A program made the position numbers and the translations under genes. 64,000 nt of DNA from an uncultured Candidatus Binatia bacterium (GTDB lineage: Bacteria > Desulfobacterota > Binatia > UBA9968 > JAJDTQ01). Under the pieces are notes generated by a model, which did not search any database, had not been told where the DNA came from, and was given only the letters and a program-made list of their open reading frames with translations. The DNA is taken from positions 736,001 to 800,000 of the forward strand of contig OZ243916.1 of assembly GCA_965213675.1 (NCBI GenBank), read 5' to 3'. This document shows positions 53,377 to 64,000 of this stretch, piece by piece; the first letter of the stretch is position 1; every line of letters starts with the position of its first letter.

Positions 53377-54342
53377 TCAACGGAGGAACGTGTCTTCCTG
53401 GGCAAGCTGGACCGCGGCCTGATCAAAGGCGACCTCGTCCGGTTCGCCATCCCCCAGGATGCCGATCTGGCTCAGGAACTGGCCGATCTGCGCGTGATCC
53501 CGCGGGCTCACCGGCGAGTACGGCCGCGCCGGATCCCCGATGTCCACGCCGAAATGCTTGAGGGCCGACTTCATGATCGGGGGCAACCCGTAGGCGCCCC
53601 ACTTGCCTGGGAAGAGCGTGAAGCAACGTTGCCAGTAGCGCGCCTTGTCCACATCGCCATCCCGGAAAGCCCGCACCACCCGCGCGCCGATGCGTGTTCC
53701 CGGCGGCGGCATGGTGGCGCCGGCGCCTCCCATCATGAGCGTGGTCAACAGCGGCTGCATGGTGGTGAAGTAGTTGGCTTTGCCGGCAAGCTGAATCTGC
53801 TCGATGAGTCGGGTGATTTTGGTAATGTCCCTCGAGCTTTCCTTGAAGTAGTCCACCTTGTTCAGCTCGCTCAGCCGCACGAATGCGTCGAGGGGCGGGT
53901 CGGCGCCCGGACCGGGGTTGTGATAGGCGACGATGGGCAACGGACTCGCCGATGCCACCTCGGTGAAGAACTGCACCAGATCCGAGATGGTCGGTTGTCC
54001 GCCCCAGGGACGAATGGGCATCAGCACCTGAATCAGGTCGCCGCCCACGGCTGCGGCGTGCTCGGCCAGATCCAGGATGGTGTCGATGGAGTGACTGGAG
54101 GCCCCGAGGATGACGGGCACGCGCTTGTTGACGATTTCCGTGGCGCGCCGCATCACTTCCTTGCGATCAGCAAGCGAGAGGACCGTGTATTCCGACGCTT
54201 CCACCGCGGCGATGGAGACCGCGTCGCAATCGGCCACGAGAAACTCGATCTCGCGCGCCAGGCCGTCGTAGTCCACCTGCCCGTCGTCCGTGAACGGGGT
54301 CAGGGCCGCGCCGATGATTCCTCTGATGGGGCTAGCCAGCAT
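53377..54342 (-). CDS. Dihydrodipicolinate synthase (DapA)-family class I aldolase-like protein
   Basis: TPFTDDGQVD, E...LS..DR, LPIVAYHNP, YFKESS Schiff-base Lys; lacks the canonical GTTGE. Confidence 0.85.
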   Translation of the reverse strand: MLASPIRGIIGAALTPFTDDGQVDYDGLAREIEFLVADCDAVSIAAVEASEYTVLSLADRKEVMRRATEIVNKRVPVILGASSHSIDTILDLAEHAAAVGGDLIQVLMPIRPWGGQPTISDLVQFFTEVASASPLPIVAYHNPGPGADPPLDAFVRLSELNKVDYFKESSRDITKITRLIEQIQLAGKANYFTTMQPLLTTLMMGGAGATMPPPGTRIGARVVRAFRDGDVDKARYWQRCFTLFPGKWGAYGLPPIMKSALKHFGVDIGDPARPYSPVSPRDHAQIGQFLSQIGILGDGEPDEVAFDQAAVQLAQEDTFLR

Positions 54343-54359
54343 CCGTCACTCCAGATTTC

Positions 54360-55013
54360 TCACTGCAACTCGGCGACGATCCTCGCGTGCGCCGCGTCGC
54401 TGCCCTGAACCTTGAGGGGCAGCGCCATGATGCGGCAGTTCCGACCTGCGATGGCGCCGAGATTGGTGACGTTCTCGGCGATCAGCACGTCGTTCCCCAG
54501 CAAGGTTCGATGCACCGGAAAGTCGAAGCCTTTGGGCCGAAGCGGGGTGGGCAAGTCCACTGTAATGCAGTCGATGCCGAAGAGTTTCACCCCGCGCTGG
54601 ACGATCCATTCTGCCGCATCTACGGACAGATAGGGGTGCATATTGTATTCATCACTTTCAAATTTCTCGTCCCAACCGGTGTGCAGCATGAGGATGTCGC
54701 CGCGGTTGACGGGCACCCCGGATCCTTCCAGATCCCTGGCCGTGACCTCCTTGCCGCCGTCCGTCTGCACGGAGATGACCGCGCCCGGGCCCATGAACGC
54801 CTCGAGGGGCAGTTCCTCGATGGATTTGCCGTCGGGCACGATGTGCACGGGAGCGTCCACGTGGGTGCCTGCGTGAACAGGCAGGTTGATCTCGGTGACG
54901 TTGAGCGGATGGCCTTTGCCGAGGTCGAAAAACCGCTGCACATGCACGTCCGGCAGCGCCGGGATCTTGGGCATGCCGTCGTAGATGAGGCGCGAGAGAT
55001 CGATGATGGACAT
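54360..55013 (-). CDS. Cyclase family (kynurenine formamidase-like) metal hydrolase
   Basis: HAGTHVDAP.H, GID, AEN..NL, PLK..GSD. Confidence 0.9.
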   Translation of the reverse strand: MSIIDLSRLIYDGMPKIPALPDVHVQRFFDLGKGHPLNVTEINLPVHAGTHVDAPVHIVPDGKSIEELPLEAFMGPGAVISVQTDGGKEVTARDLEGSGVPVNRGDILMLHTGWDEKFESDEYNMHPYLSVDAAEWIVQRGVKLFGIDCITVDLPTPLRPKGFDFPVHRTLLGNDVLIAENVTNLGAIAGRNCRIMALPLKVQGSDAAHARIVAELQ

Positions 55014-55031
55014 GGTGGTGTTCCTGACGGA

Positions 55032-55781
55032 TCAGGCCGAAGCGCCGTTGCGCCACGCGGCGTAGATGGGATCCTTGTCGACGAAGGCGCGTTTGATGCC
55101 GTCAAACGCCAGCCAGAACTGGTCCAGGGTCTTTCGCACGGACTGGCGCACCACATCCTGCTGTGGGTCCGTGACGGCGTAACGGCTCACCGCCAACGGT
55201 CCTACCTTCATGTGTTCCTCGTCCACGCCCATGTGCAGGGTCCAGTAACGGATGTCGTCGCTTTCCCGGTCGAAGCCGTAGTGGGTGGTCAGTCCGGTGA
55301 CGATGCGGCTCATGCGCTCGCTGGCCGTGCCTTCCAGGCAGAAACCCTGGCAGGCGTAAAGCTCGAGCCACGAGCGCTGGTACATGAGCAGGTCGCGCCA
55401 GTCGAGAAACGCCGAGGTTTCGGGCAACGGCTGCACCGCATCGAGCTCTGCCTTGGACGCGTAGCCGCAATTCATCGCGAAACGGATGAAAAGGCCGCGG
55501 TGGCTGTCCGTGCCGGAGATCTCGCCTGTGCCCTCTTCCACCACGTTCTCGATCCACATCCGTTCCAGCTCGGGGTCCTCGGGGCAGCGCCCGAGCATGG
55601 CCGCGATGGGCTTGGGGAAGGGCTTGGGGAAAAAAAGGTAGAACTGGCCCACGAACCCCTTGAGCGCTTCGCGGTCCAGTTCTCCCCGTTCGATCATCCC
55701 GATCAGCGGGTTGTCCTTGGAATGTTTGGCGCGCACCGCTTCGTGTATCTCGTTGACGAACTCTTCGCCGGAAAGTGCCAT
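55032..55781 (-). CDS. Heme-oxygenase-like diiron protein (TenA/PqqC/CADD superfamily)
   Basis: ENVVEE..G....H, LE and HMGVDEEH ligand pattern; GAGGGAG RBS. Confidence 0.8.
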   Translation of the reverse strand: MALSGEEFVNEIHEAVRAKHSKDNPLIGMIERGELDREALKGFVGQFYLFFPKPFPKPIAAMLGRCPEDPELERMWIENVVEEGTGEISGTDSHRGLFIRFAMNCGYASKAELDAVQPLPETSAFLDWRDLLMYQRSWLELYACQGFCLEGTASERMSRIVTGLTTHYGFDRESDDIRYWTLHMGVDEEHMKVGPLAVSRYAVTDPQQDVVRQSVRKTLDQFWLAFDGIKRAFVDKDPIYAAWRNGASA

Positions 55782-55938
55782 CGACTCTGCTCTCCCTCGT
55801 TGGATTGACTTGTTGTGGGATGCGGCCGGTCCCGATGTCGCGTCCGTCGACATCGGGACCGGCGGGGCATTACAACGAAACCGGAGTGTTACTGGAAAGC
55901 CTCCGCCATCGCAACCGTTGTGGCCGCCAAGCCGTGCC

Positions 55939-56964
55939 TCACCGGTCGAGGCTGTAGAAGCGCCGGGCGTTGTTGCCCAAAATGTTCTCCTTGGCTTCCC
56001 GCGTCAGGTCGGCCCGCCCCCAGATCAGCGAGCCGGACTCCGGCCAACTCATGTCCCAATGGGGATAGTCCGACGCGTACATGATGGTTTCGGAGCCGAT
56101 CTCCCCCACCACGTAGCCGATGGTCTTTTCGTCGGGTTCGCACCCGTAGAAAACGTTCTTGCTGGTGATGTAATGACTGGGCTCGCGCTTGCACTCCGGG
56201 GCCTCCACCGAGCCGCGCTTCTCCCACTCCTCGTCCATCCGGTCCGACCAGTAAGGGATCCAGCCGCAACCGATCTCCAGAAACCCGAGCTTCAGGTTCG
56301 AAAACTGCTCGGGAACGCCCGCGAAGATCATGGCCGTGAGCTGCCGCAGCACCGGGAACGGATGGCCGGTGGTGTGGATGGAGATGAACTGGTCGAAGAT
56401 TTCGCTGCCCGGCTCGTCGCCGCCAAAGGCATGAATGGCCAGCGGCGTGTCGAGCCTCTGCGCTTCCTCGTAAAGCGGGAAGAACTCGGTCGAGCCGAAG
56501 TTCTTGCTGTGGCCTTGGGCCGCCATCATGCCGCCCACCAGCCCGAGATCCTGAACCGCATGACGCAGCTCCTCAACCGCCGCCGCCGGAGCGTTGACCG
56601 GCAGGTTCGCCACCGCCTTCAAACGCGGCGAGGCCTTGCAGTAGTCGGAGATGAACTCGTTGTAGGCACGGCACAACTGCGTCTGGTAGTTGGGCTCGCG
56701 GATGTGACCGATGCCCAGACCACTGGTGGGGTACATGACCGCGGTGTCGATCTCCTGGGTGTCCATGGCCGCCAGCCGTTCCTCGTGCTTGATGCCCGAG
56801 TGCCCGAGCGTCCCGCCGAGGTTCCGGTCGTAGGGTTCCCGCGGGATGAACGGCGGACGCCGGTTCTGGAAGGCATCTCCCAGAAACGGCTTGACGAGAT
56901 CGTCGTTGTCGCGCGCATGTGCGTCGGCGTCGATCACCTTGAAGGACGGATCGATCTTACCCAT
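55939..56964 (-). CDS. Amidohydrolase_2 family protein
   Basis: IDADAH, YPT, AIH, FLE.G..W, ASDYPH.D, NARRFY; GGGAG RBS. Confidence 0.9.
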   Translation of the reverse strand: MGKIDPSFKVIDADAHARDNDDLVKPFLGDAFQNRRPPFIPREPYDRNLGGTLGHSGIKHEERLAAMDTQEIDTAVMYPTSGLGIGHIREPNYQTQLCRAYNEFISDYCKASPRLKAVANLPVNAPAAAVEELRHAVQDLGLVGGMMAAQGHSKNFGSTEFFPLYEEAQRLDTPLAIHAFGGDEPGSEIFDQFISIHTTGHPFPVLRQLTAMIFAGVPEQFSNLKLGFLEIGCGWIPYWSDRMDEEWEKRGSVEAPECKREPSHYITSKNVFYGCEPDEKTIGYVVGEIGSETIMYASDYPHWDMSWPESGSLIWGRADLTREAKENILGNNARRFYSLDR

Positions 56965-57092
56965 GTTCTTCTCCCTCCCTGAGCGTCCACGATCATATGA
57001 AGCAGACCGCCGGACCTACAGGCGCGCCTTGGCGCCAAGTCATGCAACAGGGCCAAGCTACCACCTTCGGCCCGGAATGCCAATTCTTCCAT

Positions 57093-57285
57093 ATGAAACG
57101 GCAACACGCCGCAAAACTCGTCACCAAAGTCAAGCTCACGCTGACCAAGAAAACCGTAGACGCCCTTGAGCCCGAGGACAAGCCCTGGATCGCCGGGATG
57201 ACAAGCTCACCGGATTCGGTGTGCGCGTCCACCCCTCCGGAGCCAAGTTCGTCGTCGTCAACTACCGTGCCGGCAACGGCGTCTC
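57093..57285 (+). pseudogene. Frameshifted remnant of a tyrosine integrase N-terminal arm-DNA-binding domain
   Basis: LTKKTVDALEPEDKPWIA-(W)DDKLTGFGVRVHPSGAK...NYRAG, with a 1-nt deletion at about 57195; no catalytic domain follows. Confidence 0.75.
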
Positions 57286-57303
57286 GCCAAGCCTTTTTGG
57301 AGG

Positions 57304-60300
57304 TCACCAGTTGAGGGCGACCTTGAAGCGGAGGATGTGTTCGGGTTTTGAGTGAGCGGCGTCCCTTCGGGTGGCGTTTAGGCCGAGTTGGAGATCGTGG
57401 GCGTTGTTGCGGGCCAGGGGGTTGAAGCGCCAGCCCAGGCTGTAGTCGCGGGCGCCGGCGGCGAAGCCGAAGCCTAGATGGGGGCTGGCGGCGAAGCGGC
57501 GGTCGAGGACCGGGAAGCCGTAGGCGGCTTCGGCCAGCCAGCGGCTCTCGGCGGTACCGCCCGCGCCGCCGCGGGTGTCCAGGGGGTCGGGGGCGAACAG
57601 GGCGTCGATGCCGCCTTTGGCCTGTCCGCCCCAGTCCTGACGAAGAGTCAGGGAGGGGCCGAGAGTGGTTGCCGGGTCGGGGTTGTAGGCGAGGGAGGCG
57701 GCAAAGCCCCGGTCCTCCAGATCATCGGACCCGTGGGCCAGCAGGGTGCGGCCCTCGACATCGAGGCGGAGGCCCAGGGCGGGGTCGCTCCAGGCAATGC
57801 CGCCGCCGAGTTCGATGCCCGTGCCGGTCTCGGCATCGCCGCCGTCATGGCGCGCGCCCACTTCGAGCCTGGGCGTCAGATGGCCGTTTTGGTCCAGGGC
57901 GATCTTCCAGCTTCCCTCCAGACCGAGCCTGAGCCGGGTCACATCGGAGTCCGAGGCCGCGAGGTCCCGGGTCTTCTCCGAAGAGGTCCGCGCCCAGAGC
58001 GCGTCCGACTCAAGCGCCAGCGCCGGCCCGGAGCGTTGCTTCTGCGGGGACCACAGGTTCCCACGGAAGCCCAACGCCGCCATGGTCCAGGAAACGTCCG
58101 ACTTGAACACGCCGCCGACCTCCGGCTTGAGGGTCACCGCGCCGGCGCCGTAGCCTGCCGCGCCCCAGAGCTTCAGCCGCTCGGTGGCCTGGAAAGAGGC
58201 GTAGGGTATGGCCGCGGTCAGCGATGCGTCGAGGCTGCCGTCGCCCTCGCGCACGGCGCCTTCGCACAGAACCTTCCTGGCATCGTCGCTCATGTGGTCC
58301 GCGCCGGCTTCGGCGCAGGGTTCAGGGGCCGTGTCCGTGTCCGCATAGGCGCCCTCCCCCTCGCTGTGGGTGAGGGCGAGGCCGGCCATCCAGCGGTTCC
58401 GGGCGTAGTCCGCCCCGAGCATGCCGGTGGTGGTGTCGCCGTCAAGGGAGAAGGTCCCTTCCCTGCCGTCGAAGTGCGCCTGCGCGGCCTGGCCCCAGAA
58501 GGTCAGGCTGCCGCCTTTGGCGTCCTTGCCGCCGGTGGCGGTGAAGCGGCTCTGGAGCATGAGTTCCCGCAAGCTCAGGGCTCTCCATGCCGAAGCGGTC
58601 CCTGGCTCGGCGCCGTCCTGGACGCCACCCGTAAGGCCCTTGGCCCGGGCTCCGGGCGCGGCGTGGTCATGGGCCGCGGTCTGCCATCCCGGGCCGGACC
58701 CGGTTTCCTGGGAAGCGGTGCTGCCGTCCGGCAGCGCCTGTCCCGCCAGGGTGCCCTGCACGCCCGCCTCCCGCGGCGCCCTCATCCGGCTCGCGATGCC
58801 GTCCAGCGCCTGCTGGGCCACCGTGCGGCCGAACCGGCTCAGCCACGCCTTGGGCATCGGGTCGTTGTTGACGATGGTGCCCACCGCAACCCCGTCGCCG
58901 ATGGCCGTGCCCCCCGTCGGGTTCGACAGCGCCACCTCGAAGGTCTCCGGGTCCTCGTCGTGATTGTCGTTGTAGACGTAGACCCACATCCGCTTCTCGG
59001 TCTGGCCCGGATGGAAGGTGAGCGCGATGCCGTTCGGCCACCACCAGAACCAGTCCTCGCCCTGCCGGGCCGAGACCGGGCTCGCCTCGCGCGCCGTGAA
59101 GGTCACCTTCACCGTCTGCTGCACGGCCCGGTCGAGCCGCACCGTGAAATACATCAGCCCGACATCCTCGTTGGCGGTCTCGTCGCCCACCGAGAAGGTC
59201 GGAGCCGTCGCCGCCGCATCGTCGTCGGTCACCTTCACCGAGGCCGCATTGTCCGGCGCCGCCGCCACCGTGTAGCGCAGCCCCTTCTCGCCGTCCCCGG
59301 CAAGGGTCGCGGTCACCGTCCCGCCGGGCTCGTCCGCCGTGTCGTTCACCGTCGGCACCGTAAAGGTGGCCTCTGTCTCGCCCTTCGGCATGGTCGCCGT
59401 GGCGGTCCCCTCATGCTCGGCCGCCACGAAGTCGCTGCCGTCGGCCTCCGAGACCGTGAGCCTGACCGTCAGGTCCGCGCCGGGCGCCCGGCTCGCCGTC
59501 AGGGTGAAGCTGGCGTCCGCGCCCTCCGCCACGGTCCCGGTCTTCGCCGCGATGGCGATCTCCGGCGGCGGCTCCAGGATGGCGAAGCCGGCCGCGCCCG
59601 AGGCCGCCGCCCCGCCGCCGAGGCCGGTGGCGACCGGCGTGCCCGGCTTTACCGTCACCGTCTCCCGCTCGCCCTCGGCCACGCTGTCCGCCACCGTCGC
59701 CAGCACCAGCGTCGCCGCTGTCGCCGACTTGCGCCCCGCGGCGCCGGCGAAGGTCACCGCCGGCGGGTTCTTCGGATCGGTACCGCCAAGGTGGGTATAG
59801 GTCACGCCCGCGGGCGCCGTCTCCGGCGCGGCCAGCGTGTAGTCGGTGCCGAGCGTGGCCGTGCCGGCAAACGCCAGCGGCACCGACAGGCTCTCGCCCT
59901 CCACCAGCGCCCGCCCGAGCGTCAGCGTCAGCGTCTTGGAGCCCGACGCCTCGGGCAGGTCGCCATCCGGCGCCGTCAGCACTACCGCGGTGGCATCGTC
60001 GTCCTCCACCGCCACGCTTGCGCTCTTGCCCTGGTCGTCCACCGTATAGCCGGGGCCGTCGCTCACCGTCGCCGTGACGGCGCCTGCCGGCTCGTCGGTC
60101 TCGTCGGCCAGCGTCGCCACCGTGAAGGCCGTCTCGGCCTGCCCGGCCGGGATCGTCACAATGCGTTCGCCCAGCGCCGAAGCGTCGGCAATGGCGCCGG
60201 TCTGCGCCACCGCCACCGTCACCGCGAGCTCTTCCGCCGGCGCCGGATCGGCCTTGAGCGTGAAGCCCGCCGCCGTGCCTTCCGTCACCCCCGCTCCCGC

Positions 60301-63300
60301 GGTTACGGTGATCGCGGGAACCGCCTGTTGCGCCTCTGCCTGTACCTCCGCCTGCGCCGGCTCCTTCTCCAGGCATTCCAGCGCCGGCGCCACCGGCGCC
60401 CAGCGCTGAAGGCCGCGGTCCGCCTGCGCCTGCGCCTCGGCGATGGTCATCGGGTTGTTGCTCCAGGCGTTGCTCTCCCCGAAGGCGGCCAGCACCCGGC
60501 TCCAGCGCTCGACATGGCCCGGCGAAGTCCGCCAGGTCTCGCCCGCAGCCTTCCGGGCGTCGGCCAGCAGGGCGTCGGAGACGCAGGCCGGCGCCTGGCT
60601 GTCGGTGCTCTGCGCGCTGGCGCTCAGCGCGTCGCTGCCCGGCCCTACCGCCAGGGTTGCCGTGCCGGCGAGGCTGTCCAATTGCTGCGTGTCGCCGTTC
60701 TTGTCGACATATTCCGGCGTGACCGTGACCGTCAGCGTCATCGGCACCGAGGCGCCGTGGTCGATGGTGGTCGTGGTGCCTGTCACGCCGGGCAAGTCAC
60801 CGGCGGAAGCATTCAGCGAGTCGCCGCTCTCGGCACTCCACGACACGTCATAGGAGGTGGCATGCTCCACCGCGTCCCAGGTGACGCTGGCGCTGGCGTC
60901 GTCCACCGCCGTCACCTGCAGGTTGGCCACCGCCTCGGTGGGCGCCGGGGCGGCCGTCGCGGGTGCCGCTTGCGTGTTGCCGGTCAGGTTGCGGCATTGG
61001 GTGTTGTAACCGCTTGACCCCCGTCTGTTGCGCGACGGGTTCCTTACATGGGCGCGGATCGTATCGACCGTGACCTTGCGCACGCCGCCGCCTGTGGCGG
61101 TGTGGGTGATGTCGGCGCAGGTGTCGTCGATGTTCCGCGAGGCGTCCTTGCGGACCACATAAATCATGCGCCAGCACTCCCAGGGCGTGTCCGCCGTGCC
61201 GTCGTAGCTCTCGCTCGGCTGCCGGCCCGACACTGTCCGCGTGTTGCCGTGGCTGTCGAAGTATTGATGCGCTTGATGGCCGAACCAGTTGCTGCAGCCC
61301 GTGCCTGCGCCGGGACTGCGGTCCTTGAACTCCACCGTCACCGTGTCTTGCGCCGTGCCGCCCTCGGTCAGCGACAGGCCGACGAGGTTCCGCTTGTCCG
61401 AAGGCACCGTCGCCATCACGGTCACCGTGCCGCCCGGCTCCGGGCGGTTCGACAGGCGCACGGCATAATTAATTCTGTCGCCGGGCGCCGCGTTCTGCCA
61501 CGGCGTCAGCCCGGGCGTTGACGTTATCGTATGCGGTCGCCGGATCCGCGCGCCGCCCGCGCCGCCCTTGATGTACCAAAACGCCTCGACCTCGGGCGCG
61601 TCGTCCACCGCTACCCGGACATTGCCCAGGTTCTGGCTGGAATAGCCGCCGCCGTTGGCCGTGTGCGTCAGCCTCATATCTGGCCGGTTGCGATGCGTAT
61701 TGAGCTCGTCCACGCCGGTCACCGTCACCGGCTGGGGCGTCTGATAGTTCGATGACGTGAATGTGAGCGTTCCCGGGCTGAAGTTCGCCGCCCATCTGTT
61801 CCCGCCGTCCCTGCCGATGGTGACGGTGGTGTTGCCGCCGGAGGGGGCGGTCGTCAGTCGTACGCAATAGGTCGTTTCGCCGGTCTCGAGGATGCGAAGG
61901 CTGGTTTCGCTGAAGACGGTGTTCTGGGCAGGGCATGCCGGCGTCGCGGCCTCGTCGTCCGCCAGCGTCAGGGTCGCCATGTAATCTGACGCATGCCGCT
62001 GCGCGCCGCCGCTCACCGTCGTGCCGATGCCGGTGGCGCCGAGCACGCTGTTGGTCGCCAGTGTCGCGGTGATGGTCTCGTGGGCCATGTTCCCGTCGTC
62101 GCGGCTCGCTACCGGGGTCAGTGTCACCGTCGCCGTCTGCACGGTGCGTTCGTCGTCGCCGGTGAAGGTCAGCCGCGGGTTGGCCGTCTCTTCGTTCGCG
62201 CTTGTCACGCCGCTTTGCCCGGACGCAGCCGCGGCCGCGACCGTGAAGTCGTGGTTGGCGGTGCCGCTGTTCGTGCTCCCCGGCAGCCGCGCCCCGGTGC
62301 TCGACGCCAGCGTCAACGGCACGACGATGACCTCGCCGGCATACAACTGGCGAGACAGCGAAACCGTCAGCACCGCCGTGTCCGAGGCGTCGCCCTCGGT
62401 CATGGTCATGTCAGAACTCGTGAGCGAGACCGTGGTCGCCTCGTCATCCTGTATGAGCAGCTTGTCGGAGGCGTCGCTGGACGAGACCGTGTAGCTGTCA
62501 CTGGCCTCAGAGCAGCCCACGGTGTTCGGCGCCACCGCCTCGACGGTGACGCTGCTGTCCAGATCGTCGGTGGCGGTGTTGGTCCAGGTGAGGGTATGGA
62601 TGCCCGAGCCGTTGGTGACGCTGCTCGGCATGGTCACCGTATGGATGCCCTCGTTGCCCGAGGCCACCCGGTCGCCGCCGCTCTCGGTCACCCGCACGCA
62701 CACCGTCAGGTCGCTCGTCAGCGGCCGGTCGGCGGCAAGGCTGAACCCGATGCCGACCCCGCCATCGCTCTCCGCGACCTTCTTCTCGCCCGCATCCGAG
62801 CGGTTCTCGCCCTCGCTGATCGGCAGCGACACCGAGATCACCGGGGCGTTGGCATTTGCCGGTGTTGCCGACATCTCGTCCGAGAACGCGCCTCCCAGAC
62901 TGCCTTGGGCGTTGATCGCCAGCGTATGCACCTGGAAGGTGTAGGTGGTGCCGTTGGTGAGGCCGGTGACCGTGTGGCTGGTGGTGCTGCGGTCGGCGCC
63001 GCTGATTGTCATGAAGGAGCCGTAGCTGCCCGACCCCGCCTTCTGCCGATACTGCAACCGGGTGAAAGATGAGCTGAAAGCGTTCCATGACAGGATGACC
63101 TCACCGTCACCCGCCGTGGCTGTGAAACCCGTGGTCGCCGACGGGGCGGGGGGAGGATTGGTGGCGTCGTCATCCTGGATCGTATAGGTCACCACAGAGG
63201 TGCCGAGGGTCACGCCGGCGGGCGGGGTGCCATTGAAGGACAGCGTTACGACCACTGTCTCATGGAATTCGATGGTGGTGTCGCCCCGTATGCGCATGCC

Positions 63301-64000
63301 GATGTTACTGTTTGTAGTGATCTCCGGCTGTCACGCCGATGTTTTGGCAAGCGTTGGTGGAGGTTAAGGCGCCATTAAGCCTCACGTAGTCGTCGGATGT
63401 GCCCAGGGTCGCGGTTCCTGAATAGCAGACCCGCAACGGGACAGCCGCCGAAGCGGCCGACGACAGGGTTATCGTGAAGTACTTGTCGGTCGTGGAGGCA
63501 TTGCCCTCGTTGGCATCGGCGGGGGCGCTGATGGATACCAGCACCGACACCACCTCGATGTCGAAGGTATCGCTGACCGTGCCGCTTCTGCCGTCATCCG
63601 CCTGCACCTTCACCGAGAGTGTGCCGATATTGCCCGAGGCGGGCGTGCCCGAGAAGGTGCGGGTGTTCGCATCAAAGGCCAGCCAGCCCGGCAGGGCGGT
63701 GTCGTCGGATTTGGTCGCGGTGTAGGTCAGGCTGTCGCCATCGGGATCGCTGAACGTGCCCGCCGGGAAGGTGTAGCTGAAGGCGGCGCCCGCCCCCGCC
63801 GCCTGGTCGGGGATGGCGTTGTCCAGCATGGGGGCGTTGTTTTCCAGGCAACTAAGCGCGGTGTAGACCGGGTTCCAGCCGGTCCAGGTGTCGCCCCGAC
63901 CGCTGAGAAAGGAGCGCAGTTCAGCCTCTGTAATCGGAGTCGTTGGCGCGTTGCCCGAGAGGTTGTTGCCGCTCCACGCCGGAAGGGTGCCGCCTAGCGC
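57304..64000 (-). CDS. Giant autotransporter-like surface adhesin (He_PIG/Ig, FN3 and Calx-beta-like repeats, C-terminal beta-barrel); 5' end outside the window; frameshift at about 63305-63333
   Basis: FSDPDGD.L.Y..LP.WL.FD..TRTFSGTP Ig domain, GLTNGTTYTFQV FN3, repeated I.DDD motifs, WLSRFGRTVA linker, terminal Trp; ORFs 63305..63829 and 57304..63297 abut out of frame. Confidence 0.82.

Overview
GC-rich bacterial chromosome segment. Gene content and order suggest a deltaproteobacterial/Binatia-like organism, possibly host-associated (inference only). Positions 1-49.8 kb are mostly housekeeping genes: tRNA-Leu with polyprenyl synthase and ubiE/menG; valS-birA-coaX-EF-G paralog; a small hydrolase cluster; a complete ccmABCDEFGH(I) operon; icd-mdh-sucCD-ndk-rlmN-mtnP-pfkB-ugd-lepA-lepB-carAB-recG; alaC-hom; miaB. 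A 28-bp dif-like XerCD site lies at 50081-50108, where gene orientation switches from mostly + to almost entirely -, so the window probably spans the replication terminus. The top finding lies beyond dif. A sulfide:quinone oxidoreductase-like flavoprotein looks truncated in the ORF track, but its TGA falls at the second catalytic Cys position, is followed by a bacterial SECIS-like hairpin, and the frame continues into a family-typical C-terminus. It is therefore a probable selenocysteine SQR-like enzyme, next to a persulfide dioxygenase-rhodanese fusion and downstream of an uncharacterised catabolic cluster. The window also holds two intergenic palindromic repeat families, two frameshifted gene remnants and a frameshifted giant autotransporter-like adhesin that runs off the right end.
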